A DNA stretch of 64,000 bases from an uncultured virus (IMG/VR IMGVR_UViG_3300042261_001262) (taxonomy: Duplodnaviria > Heunggongvirae > Uroviricota > Caudoviricetes). The stretch lies in IMG/VR virus record IMGVR_UViG_3300042261_001262. The stretch is one strand, 5' to 3'. This document shows positions 52,477 through 60,123 of this stretch, piece after piece (within the stretch, counting starts at the first letter, position 1; every line of letters starts with the position of its first letter). The position numbers and the translations under genes were made by a program. The notes under the pieces are model-generated. The model did not search any database. It was not told the DNA's origin and saw nothing but the letters and a program-made list of their open reading frames with translations.

Positions 52477-52992
52477 TTATATTTGAATATGGTTCCAATA
52501 TTTTCCAGATTTAATATAACCTATCATTACAATGCTTACATTAAATTGTTTAGAAATATCAGTTAAAGATTTGTTTTGTTTTATTAATTGTTTAATATTA
52601 ATAACATCTATATTGTTTAATTTTGATCTTGGATTTTTTTCACCTTTCAGATTTCCTTGAACAGAAATTTGAAACATATTTTCTGCATGAGTTAATAATT
52701 CTAGATTATTTGGAACATTATTGTCCCTTTTGTTATCTATATGATTCACTTCAAGTAATGGATGAAGAGGACCATTAAACTTTCTATAAATAATTCGATG
52801 AACTAATAGTTGAATTCTTTTATAATAAATAGCCTTATACTTTCTATCGAGTGATTGATCTATTCTTCTCCAAGATCCAAGTTTAGTACCATGTTTTGCT
52901 TTGCAAGTCCAAATTGATCCATCATCACAAATATAATAATTAGGATCAGATAATAATAATTCAATTAAATCATCTTTAGTTGCTTGATTCAT
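52477..52992 (-). CDS. free-standing HNH homing endonuclease
   Basis: VHRII...VNHIDNKRDNN...NLE...EN; GEKNPRSKL and C-terminal HTH; next to a tRNA. Confidence 0.88.
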   Translation of the reverse strand: MNQATKDDLIELLLSDPNYYICDDGSIWTCKAKHGTKLGSWRRIDQSLDRKYKAIYYKRIQLLVHRIIYRKFNGPLHPLLEVNHIDNKRDNNVPNNLELLTHAENMFQISVQGNLKGEKNPRSKLNNIDVINIKQLIKQNKSLTDISKQFNVSIVMIGYIKSGKYWNHIQI

Positions 52993-53016
52993 ATCAGTTT
53001 AATTCTCCTTGATATA

Positions 53017-53286
53017 TTACAATTTATCAAAAGGTACAAACAAGGTATTCAGATCTTGTTCATACCCATCGGGCATTTTAATATCTTCTGGTTTGGGCTG
53101 GAACAAATTAGTAAAGAACATTGAGTTCTTCACTTCCTTCATATACTTAACAAATGAACCATTGAAATGTTTTTCAAATCCTGGTAGTTTTTCTACCAGT
53201 TCAAATGCTAACTCTTTAATGTGGTCACATTCATTGCCTTTTGAAATCAGCAATGAACTTAGTATCTCAGCTTCTTTTTTCGTCAT
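53017..53286 (-). CDS. hypothetical protein
   Basis: Start MTKKEAE after SD GGGAGA; the ORF-track extension runs into the ncRNA candidate. Confidence 0.65.
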   Translation of the reverse strand: MTKKEAEILSSLLISKGNECDHIKELAFELVEKLPGFEKHFNGSFVKYMKEVKNSMFFTNLFQPKPEDIKMPDGYEQDLNTLFVPFDKL

Positions 53287-53310
53287 ATATTCTCCCAAAA
53301 GAGATAAGTA

Positions 53311-53505
53311 CCAGAACCACGTGGAGCTCCCCATGCAGTGATGGAAGTTCCCGCTATAACAGTATGCTCGTCTTCTAATCTGGAGATCAGCCCAGACGCG
53401 GATAGATTAGAGCCCCTCACCTTACACATTCCATGGATAGTGATATCGTAGATCACGTATAGAATGCTTCGAACGTCTCATTAACGCCACGGCACGTGGT
53501 TCTGG
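53311..53505 (-). ncRNA. structured non-coding RNA candidate (195 nt)
   Basis: GC-rich intergenic island closed by a perfect 13-bp stem CCAGAACCACGTG/CACGTGGTTCTGG; internal helices; lies between two tRNA genes; strand inferred. Confidence 0.6.
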
Positions 53506-53507
53506 GT

Positions 53508-53756
53508 TTATTTTTCGTTAATCACATCTAATATATCACAGATATCGAGAAATCCATTTTGGAAATGAATTTCAACAATATCTGGAGCTTTATCCCAAAT
53601 CAAGAACAAACAATCATATAAAGCTTTTAAATCTTCTTTCTTATTTTTTGTTTCTTCAAGAAAATCATAAAATGGTTTTTCTAAATCTGTAAATTCTTTT
53701 GCAAATTGAATAATATCATCATAATGAGAATCAACTTGGTTCCAAATGTTATCCAT
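53508..53756 (-). CDS. hypothetical acidic protein
   Basis: 82-aa ORF in operon. Confidence 0.65.
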   Translation of the reverse strand: MDNIWNQVDSHYDDIIQFAKEFTDLEKPFYDFLEETKNKKEDLKALYDCLFLIWDKAPDIVEIHFQNGFLDICDILDVINEK

Positions 53757-53973
53757 TTTTCACCAATTGTCCATCCTTAACAATAATCTTATCAGGATTA
53801 CCTTTTTTGATGTAAAAGTAATCCTCATTTATGAATTTAATTTCTTCATCTTTTAATGAAGAAATTATTTGTTCTTTTTTTAAATAATCAATTTCATTTT
53901 CGATTTGTCTATTCCCCCAATAATCTGGACCATCGAGGAAATATCCTTTTTCTTCAATTATTTCCATTATCAT
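53749..53973 (-). CDS. hypothetical protein
   Basis: SD GAGGAGG. Confidence 0.65.
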   Translation of the reverse strand: MIMEIIEEKGYFLDGPDYWGNRQIENEIDYLKKEQIISSLKDEEIKFINEDYFYIKKGNPDKIIVKDGQLVKNG

Positions 53974-53994
53974 ATTTCCTCCTCTGTTGTTTTA

Positions 53995-54072
53995 TGGTCC
54001 AGGTGGCAGGATTCGAACCTGCGACTTCTTGCTCCCAAAGCAAGCGCGCTAACCATGCTGCGCCACACCTGG
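53995..54072 (-). tRNA. tRNA-Pro(UGG)
   Basis: CCAGGTG/CACCTGG acceptor, CTTGC-TTTGGGA-GCAAG anticodon arm, GTTCGAATC, encoded CCA. Confidence 0.95.
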
Positions 54073-54103
54073 AAAATGAAAAAGACAAATCTCTTTCATA
54101 AGT

Positions 54104-54116
54104 ATTATTTCTATAT
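54104..54116 (-). promoter_or_regulatory. ATATAGAAATAAT motif upstream of tRNA-Pro
   Basis: Exact recurring 13-mer about 30 nt 5' of the tRNA. Confidence 0.5.
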
Positions 54117-54120
54117 AAAA

Positions 54121-54735
54121 TTAGGGAATATTAAGTTTTATATATTCTTCCAAATACATATAATTTGGATGTTTTTGTAATACAATTTCTATTGAAAATT
54201 CTCCGGTAGCATATCCAACATAACCATCTTGAGACCAGTCCGCTTTAACAAATTCATAATTATAATTTTCATCACATTTCTTAACATATATAATATCATA
54301 GTTAAATAAACATGAATTAATTAGAGGTATAATACCAAGAGTGCATGGAAATTCGTTTCTGTCAATTAGGAAATAATATTTATGAAATCTATTACCTATA
54401 GATGGTAGAGATCTTTTTCTTTCATAAAGATCTCTATGAGGAAGATATAATATTAAATAACCACCAGGTTTCAGAATTCGATACCAATTCATAAGAGCTG
54501 TTGCTGGATATTCAATATCTTCTAAACAATGAGAAGAATAGACAAAATCATATGTGTTATCATTTATTTCTTTTACATAGGTTGCATCATATGTTTCATT
54601 ATTAACTTTATCATAATTGACTATATTTGGTAATAATGGATCATCCCAACCACCAATATCAATTCCTTCACCTTGACAATACTTTTCAAAGAATCCTTCT
54701 CTTTCTCTACGATCTTTTGTTTTTGCTGTTTCCAT
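54121..54735 (-). CDS. SAM-dependent methyltransferase
   Basis: GIDIGG, YDFVYSSHCLE, LKPGGYL. Confidence 0.85.
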   Translation of the reverse strand: METAKTKDRREREGFFEKYCQGEGIDIGGWDDPLLPNIVNYDKVNNETYDATYVKEINDNTYDFVYSSHCLEDIEYPATALMNWYRILKPGGYLILYLPHRDLYERKRSLPSIGNRFHKYYFLIDRNEFPCTLGIIPLINSCLFNYDIIYVKKCDENYNYEFVKADWSQDGYVGYATGEFSIEIVLQKHPNYMYLEEYIKLNIP

Positions 54736-54736
54736 T

Positions 54737-55249
54737 TTACTCCTGCAATTGTTTATACAAAGTTAAAACATACTTTGCTTGACTATGAGCTACCTTATTA
54801 TTCCCACCCTTATAAAGTGCTAATGCTTTTGGTAAATCATTATTGGTTTCTTTTAATTTCTGCTGAAGAATTCTAACACCATGTAAAGTATCAACATCGG
54901 TAAACCATGATGCTGTTGGAGTTTGGAGAACTCCTTTATATCTAATTTTTGTTCTATTTTCCGGTCCAATTGCATCTTGTTTAAAGTTTGATTCAGTTTT
55001 CATCAATGCCAGTATTAATTTTGGATTAATTCCTGTTGCCTGATGTGAAGCAAGAACTGCTTTTGTTAATTCTGGTATTTGTTTTTCTGGAGCTTTTAAT
55101 TTGGATAAATCCTTTTGGATTTCTGTTTCAACTGGATTTTCTTTAATAATTTTAACTGGCACTGGTAAGGCTTTATTAAATTCGTTATATTCACTTACCA
55201 GGAAGTAAATGCATACAAGTTGCATTAATATTGCTACCAATGTTTTCAT
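54737..55249 (-). CDS. soluble lytic transglycosylase with N-terminal membrane anchor
   Basis: LILALMKTESNF...A...GVLQ...ALALY.GG; start MKTLVAIL after SD GAGGTG. Confidence 0.8.
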   Translation of the reverse strand: MKTLVAILMQLVCIYFLVSEYNEFNKALPVPVKIIKENPVETEIQKDLSKLKAPEKQIPELTKAVLASHQATGINPKLILALMKTESNFKQDAIGPENRTKIRYKGVLQTPTASWFTDVDTLHGVRILQQKLKETNNDLPKALALYKGGNNKVAHSQAKYVLTLYKQLQE

Positions 55250-55259
55250 ATTCACCTCT

Positions 55260-55583
55260 TTAAGCTTCGTCTTTTTGATCATCATTTTTGACGAGTGATA
55301 GAATGTTTTTATTATCGGTATTTTTTGGTACTCTAATATCAACAACATCAACAATATACATATGATATTCTTCATCTGTAATTTGATTTTTAAACATTCG
55401 AGTTAACCATTTTGAAATTTTACTTTTACTCTTAACCATAAATGTATGAGTAGCGGCAAAATTAATTCCTTCTTCTTCTGTAATAAGTTTTTCTAAAATC
55501 ATATGTTTTACAATCATATCTTTGGCATCATCTAAAATTTCTTGTAAAGTATTTAAATCAAATGTCCAATTATGCATTTCCAT
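55260..55583 (-). CDS. hypothetical protein
   Basis: 107-aa ORF in operon. Confidence 0.6.
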   Translation of the reverse strand: MEMHNWTFDLNTLQEILDDAKDMIVKHMILEKLITEEEGINFAATHTFMVKSKSKISKWLTRMFKNQITDEEYHMYIVDVVDIRVPKNTDNKNILSLVKNDDQKDEA

Positions 55584-55860
55584 ATGGCATTACCCTCTCA
55601 GCTGTCATTATTATCTGTCCACATTCAATAAGCTTAATAGATTCATCATGATTGAATTTTTCGATAGTTATGTCTTTTTTATCTAATTTCTCTACACATT
55701 TATCAGAACATATAAAATCAACGAATTCTTTTGCATCGTTAAAAGAAGGAAATTCAAGATATCCTTGTTCCGGCATATTACTTAAAAGATGCCAAAAACC
55801 TAAACCTAGAAACATTCCTTGGAATATTCCATATTCTTTATGTCGTATTTGATATCCCAT
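55570..55860 (-). CDS. hypothetical protein
   Basis: 96-aa ORF with SD GGAG. Confidence 0.65.
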   Translation of the reverse strand: MGYQIRHKEYGIFQGMFLGLGFWHLLSNMPEQGYLEFPSFNDAKEFVDFICSDKCVEKLDKKDITIEKFNHDESIKLIECGQIIMTAERVMPYGNA

Positions 55861-55872
55861 AAAAATTCTCCA

Positions 55873-56481
55873 TCAAGATGCAATAGTATTATTGCAAAAT
55901 TTCTTCAACTTATTATATACTTTTTTATATTTCAGTCTTACATTTTCTCTGCAACAACCAAATTTTTTTGCTACTGCTGCCATATTACCATCTTCTTCTA
56001 ATATTGCATAAAAGTATTGTTTATCAATATCTTTAATTTTAATAGAATTAAGAGCAATTTCTAAATCAATTTTTTGTTCAAGAGCATCATATGGATTAAC
56101 ACTCTCAATAACATCATCAAAAAGTTTTACACTTTCAGTTGATCCTTTTTCAAATTGATTATTTAAATAAGATATACTTGGATGTTCTTTTAATACATAT
56201 CGTTTAGAAGTTCCCGAATAATGAGAATATACTTCTAAACCTAAAAATCCATATAAAGTTTTTACGAAATAAGTAGAAAATTTTGCTTTTCGATGAATTT
56301 CTGGATCATAAAATTTGGCTGCACGCATCAAAGCTAAAAGGGCAGTTTGAGTCAAATCATCTCTTAGAAATGGGTCTGCCTGAACTTTTGTTGCATATTT
56401 GGATGCTAAACTTATAGCTAATCCAGTATGTTTTTTAACCATCTCGATTTCTTCTTCATTTAGAGGTTCCAGATCTTTCAC
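55873..56481 (-). CDS. sigma-70 family RNA polymerase sigma factor
   Basis: Region 2 DDLTQTALLALMRAAKFYDP...KFSTY; region 4 HTH MAAVAKKFGCCRENVR. Confidence 0.85.
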   Translation of the reverse strand: MKDLEPLNEEEIEMVKKHTGLAISLASKYATKVQADPFLRDDLTQTALLALMRAAKFYDPEIHRKAKFSTYFVKTLYGFLGLEVYSHYSGTSKRYVLKEHPSISYLNNQFEKGSTESVKLFDDVIESVNPYDALEQKIDLEIALNSIKIKDIDKQYFYAILEEDGNMAAVAKKFGCCRENVRLKYKKVYNKLKKFCNNTIAS

Positions 56482-56497
56482 CGCTCTATTCTCCCTT

Positions 56498-56899
56498 TTA
56501 TTTACTTAGTTCATCTAGTTTATTTATTCCTTCTTGAAGGGCATCAATATAATCTTGTATTGCTTTTTTTCCATTAAACATAAAATATTGTTCCATCATA
56601 ATTTTGCCGGTGAAAATTAATATAAAAGCATATTTAATTCTAAACCACATTTTTGATATTAAGTTACGATCTTTGCCGAAATAATCGGCAAGGTAACAAT
56701 CTGTATAAAAGTTTAAACTTATATCTCTATGTTCTACTACATTATTGACTTTTAAATCCTGCATTTCCAATTCAATCGTATGAGTACAAGTATCATCCAT
56801 ACAATTACATTGTGCTTTATAAAAAACAGCATCTTCAAATTCAGACATTTTCATAATATTTTGACTAGTCACTCTTATCACCTTCTTTAATTGATTCAT
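56498..56899 (-). CDS. hypothetical protein
   Basis: CxC...H motif; W.RIK.A...I.TG pattern. Confidence 0.65.
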   Translation of the reverse strand: MNQLKKVIRVTSQNIMKMSEFEDAVFYKAQCNCMDDTCTHTIELEMQDLKVNNVVEHRDISLNFYTDCYLADYFGKDRNLISKMWFRIKYAFILIFTGKIMMEQYFMFNGKKAIQDYIDALQEGINKLDELSK

Positions 56900-57101
56900 T
56901 GTATCTCTTCAATGATTCCACTGCTCCTCCTAGCTTTTCGCCACAATCTTCACAAATTATTAAAGGTTCAGGACAAGGTTCTTCAGGATTGTAATCATAA
57001 ACTCCTTTTTTGATTACTTTTCCTTCCAATGTTGCATATACTTTATCTCCTTTCTTTAATACTTTTTGACATACGTGACAATTCGTTGGAGTCTTTGGCA
57101 T
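56865..57101 (-). CDS. small Zn-finger protein
   Basis: CHVC...CEDC; SD GGAGG. Confidence 0.65.
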   Translation of the reverse strand: MPKTPTNCHVCQKVLKKGDKVYATLEGKVIKKGVYDYNPEEPCPEPLIICEDCGEKLGGAVESLKRYNESIKEGDKSD

Positions 57102-57118
57102 AAATTATACCTCCGTTA

Positions 57119-57679
57119 TTATCTTATCCTCAGATCATACACTATATTATATAGATAATAATCATCTAAGATAACTGGTCTAAAATCATATTGAGGTTTT
57201 CTAGCTTTTACAAAAACACCCTTGTCAGGATCTGACTCAATAATCACATTTTGGAAATCAGAAAAGATATATTTCATATCATGAGTTTCATATCTCCAAT
57301 GATCATATGGCCAACCATGTAATCCAAATCCGTAAGATCTTGTTGTGATAAGTATTATTCCTCCTGATTTACACATTATTTTCATATTGTTAATTATTTT
57401 TCGCCAATTAAAAACATGTTCAAGCATTTCAGTAGTTACTATTATATCAAATGATTCTGGTCCATAAACACCAAGAACATCTTCTGCATAACAAAGGACA
57501 TCTACATATTTTCCAGGATAAAGATCCACACCTATATATTCTTTTGGTCCATTAGATTCAATGTAAGGTCTTAAACTTCCATTAACATCATAAGAACCTA
57601 ATTCAATAATCCTTTTATCTTTAATTTCTGGTGGGGATAATACTTTCATACCAAAATTGATACATAGAGGACTACACAT
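57119..57679 (-). CDS. SAM-dependent methyltransferase
   Basis: IIELGS.DVNGS, GVD...G..VD, FDII...EMLEH, P.DHWR. Confidence 0.85.
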   Translation of the reverse strand: MCSPLCINFGMKVLSPPEIKDKRIIELGSYDVNGSLRPYIESNGPKEYIGVDLYPGKYVDVLCYAEDVLGVYGPESFDIIVTTEMLEHVFNWRKIINNMKIMCKSGGIILITTRSYGFGLHGWPYDHWRYETHDMKYIFSDFQNVIIESDPDKGVFVKARKPQYDFRPVILDDYYLYNIVYDLRIR

Positions 57680-57695
57680 TTTTATTTTCTCCTTT

Positions 57696-58196
57696 TTATA
57701 AATGTACTAATATTATTTGTTCTGGTAAATTTACTAGTGTTCTTTTAACATCTTCAACTGGTAATTCACCATTTTTAATTCCTGGTATTGGTAAATAAAC
57801 TGTAGTTAAATTATCTTTCTTAATTAAATCTATTAATTGTTCTAAACTTCTTTTAATTAGATTAATATCTGCTTTACAATAAAAACCTGGAACACCTTTA
57901 CCAGATCTTTTTATATACCTCAATTTATAATTCGTTAATGCTTCTTCATAAAAGCAATAATCCGGTTTAACTGGAAAAGCTATAACTCTATCATAAATGA
58001 AACCGACATTATTACCATTTTGAACCAGATGTTTTCCTAATTGTGTTTTCAATTCTGGAATTGTATTTGCCATAGCTAATGCATTTCCTCTACCCATAAC
58101 TCCTTTTTTAGATGCTGTGAGAAATCCATTTGTAGTTACACAAACAATATTACCATTTTTCCAAAGATCTACTATATTTGCTTTTATAACTTTCAT
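57696..58196 (-). CDS. macro-domain-like (ADP-ribose binding) protein
   Basis: VCVTTNG...GVMGRG.A, FPVK, P..G..NG.L. Confidence 0.75.
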   Translation of the reverse strand: MKVIKANIVDLWKNGNIVCVTTNGFLTASKKGVMGRGNALAMANTIPELKTQLGKHLVQNGNNVGFIYDRVIAFPVKPDYCFYEEALTNYKLRYIKRSGKGVPGFYCKADINLIKRSLEQLIDLIKKDNLTTVYLPIPGIKNGELPVEDVKRTLVNLPEQIILVHL

Positions 58197-58260
58197 TAAG
58201 CCTCCACACTTTCTTTTAAATAAACAAAAACAAGAAATAATATTCGGTTTCTTTATTTTT

Positions 58261-58273
58261 ATTATTTCTATAT
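58261..58273 (-). promoter_or_regulatory. ATATAGAAATAAT motif (candidate phage promoter)
   Basis: Exact recurring 13-mer just after a terminator. Confidence 0.5.
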
Positions 58274-58298
58274 AAAAATAGAAAATAATAAAAATATA

Positions 58299-58341
58299 AA
58301 AATTAGGTCACTACTACTTAAAATAGTAGTGACCTAATTTT
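58299..58341 (-). terminator. 18-bp hairpin terminating the Cas7-like gene
   Basis: AAAATTAGGTCACTACTA-N7-TAGTAGTGACCTAATTTT, 13 nt past the stop. Confidence 0.75.
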
Positions 58342-58354
58342 GTTTAACCGAATA

Positions 58355-58972
58355 TTAATTTATAATTTCAAATCGACCATAACTCCCATTTCTAAATTGA
58401 CCAATACCGCAGTATTTGCCATATTCGAGCAGTTTATCTATGAGTTTGAAATTGATTTCGTTATTTTTAATGATGGTGATTTCAAATGTTATTTCTGTTC
58501 CTTCATTGATAAAATCGCTTTTGACAAGAGCAACTCGTGGACCTTTTGGTGTTAATACTCTGATTGATCTTTCGAGAACACCATCTGGTTCCATTTTATT
58601 TAAATATATCTTTCGAGGATTTACAAACACATATTTATCAATTTTTGATTTTATAGTTGTAAATTCTTCTTCTGTAGTTACCCCACTTTTTGTTGTTTTT
58701 GAAATTTTGATTTGACTTTTAAGCGATATTCCTGCATTCTTTAAAAATCCAGAAATCATATATCCATAAATAAATAATCCGTTATCATCTTTATGAAATC
58801 CAGTCCAACCAGTTTCTTCACTGTTTTCAACTGTTTCAGATTCGTCTTCTGTAATATTTGCTGGTTTGCGAGATTCAATATATGTTTTATAAATTTCTTG
58901 ATTTTTTGCAACCGTGCCTAACATTTCTGATGTGAGTTTAATTTTGTAAGATCTTGTTTCTTCGTCTATCAT
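58355..58972 (-). CDS. stand-alone Cas7/Csm3-like RAMP protein
   Basis: YKIKLTSEMLG (RAMP beta1); IYGYMISGFLK (cf. IPGSSxKGxLR); C-terminal G-rich loop GIGQFRNGSYGRF; SD AGGAG; no other cas gene in the window. Confidence 0.8.
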   Translation of the reverse strand: MIDEETRSYKIKLTSEMLGTVAKNQEIYKTYIESRKPANITEDESETVENSEETGWTGFHKDDNGLFIYGYMISGFLKNAGISLKSQIKISKTTKSGVTTEEEFTTIKSKIDKYVFVNPRKIYLNKMEPDGVLERSIRVLTPKGPRVALVKSDFINEGTEITFEITIIKNNEINFKLIDKLLEYGKYCGIGQFRNGSYGRFEIIN

Positions 58973-59000
58973 TGTTTCTCCTTTATATGTTATTTATGTT

Positions 59001-59430
59001 ACATCGCTGAACTACACTATACTTTACCTTCGCTTCACATCACTTAACTGAACATTACCTTTACGGTACTTCACAATACTTCACCTTTGCTTCACATCAC
59101 TTGACTATACCTTTACGCAACTGAACATTACCTTTACGGCACTTCACTTGACTATACCTTTACGCAACTGAACATTACCTTTACTGCACTTCACGGTACC
59201 TTTACTTGACTTCACCGAACAGTACTGTACCTTTACTTTACTGTACTACGCGGTGCTATACCTTTACTATGCTTTATCACACAATACCATTACTATGCGT
59301 TACCTAGCGACACAATACCTTTACGGAACTTCACCTCACTTTACCTTTACTTGACTTCACCGAAGTGTACGGTACCTTTACTGCACCTCACCTAACAATA
59401 CCTTTACTTTACATCACTTAACTTTACTTG
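59001..59430 (-). repeat. pentamer-periodic non-coding array (candidate guide-RNA locus): 68 NNN-GY pentamers in 16 units separated by 15 AAAGGT-type hexamers
   Basis: + strand parses without gaps as (RC-NNN)x3-5 plus ACCTTT; 68x5 + 15x6 = 430 nt; no ORF in the track; ends 28 nt before the Cas7-like start codon. Confidence 0.9.
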
Positions 59431-59431
59431 A

Positions 59432-59458
59432 TAAAAATGGGTGGCCTTTCGGTCACCC
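59432..59458 (-). terminator. GC-rich hairpin bordering the array
   Basis: GGGTGACC-GAAA-GGCCACCC-ATTTTT on the minus strand (one A-C mismatch; G-U on the plus strand). Confidence 0.55.
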
Positions 59459-59467
59459 TGTATAGTG

Positions 59468-59557
59468 CTACTTCTTTTTTGTCGGCTTTTTTGCTACAGG
59501 AGGTGTATTTTTTACCTCCTTTTTGGGATTCTTCTTTTTATCCTTATTTCCACCCAT
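59468..59557 (-). CDS. 29-aa lysine-rich peptide (MGGNKDKKKNPKKEVKNTPPVAKKPTKKK)
   Basis: SD GGAGGTG 6 nt before ATG; abuts the upstream stop. Confidence 0.55.
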   Translation of the reverse strand: MGGNKDKKKNPKKEVKNTPPVAKKPTKKK

Positions 59558-59845
59558 TTATTTCACCTCCTCTGGTTTTGTATTTATTGCGTTAATAAAT
59601 GCAACAATGAAATTTGCAACATTATATGAATTTTTAGTTTCAATATGATTCCATGTGATGTCTTGTATTTCACTATATGGAATACTTTCTCTCGGAGATA
59701 TTTGTTCTAAAGTATATTCTTCTGGATCAATATTAATTGAAATTAATCCTTTATAATTATCATCGTCATCTGTAATAGTAATTCTGGTTTTGTAGTATTT
59801 TGTATCTAGTGGTTCAAGTTTTGCTTTCATGTTATACCTCAACAA
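59558..59845 (-). CDS. hypothetical protein
   Basis: ORF in operon; probable start MKAKLEPL after GAGG. Confidence 0.65.
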   Translation of the reverse strand: MLRYNMKAKLEPLDTKYYKTRITITDDDDNYKGLISINIDPEEYTLEQISPRESIPYSEIQDITWNHIETKNSYNVANFIVAFINAINTKPEEVK

Positions 59846-60114
59846 TCTGTTTTTTCATTATAACTACCATCTGTAATATGAACTTTTATTTCTGGTTCAA
59901 ATGATGCTAATGCTTGACCTAAATAACCCATAAGAAATGTATTTACAGATTTTTCATCTCCGAATTCATAAACTTTTTTGAATGCTAATCTTTCTTCTAT
60001 TGGGGTATTTATTTTTTTGTTACAACATGAAAAGTCAGGACAACATATATCGTTTTCGGTATCATGAACACTTTCTCCTTTAACCCATAACTCAAGCTGT
60101 TCTTTATATGTCAT
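59839..60114 (-). CDS. hypothetical protein with CCPDFSCC motif
   Basis: QLELWVKG.S.H...CCPDFSCC. Confidence 0.7.
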   Translation of the reverse strand: MTYKEQLELWVKGESVHDTENDICCPDFSCCNKKINTPIEERLAFKKVYEFGDEKSVNTFLMGYLGQALASFEPEIKVHITDGSYNEKTDC

Positions 60115-60123
60115 TTTACACCT

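Noticed and set aside
53287..53334. ORF-track start for 53017..53334
   Set aside because: Overlaps the structured RNA; a better SD and ATG lie at 53286.
59001..59430. Canonical CRISPR array
   Set aside because: The constant element is only ~9 nt (TACCTTTAC), and the intervening 15-25 nt are themselves 5-periodic and partly duplicated rather than unique spacers; no cas1/cas2.
59001..59430. Protein-coding repeat or simple microsatellite
   Set aside because: No ORF in the track, period 5 conflicts with codon structure, and variation is confined to fixed positions.
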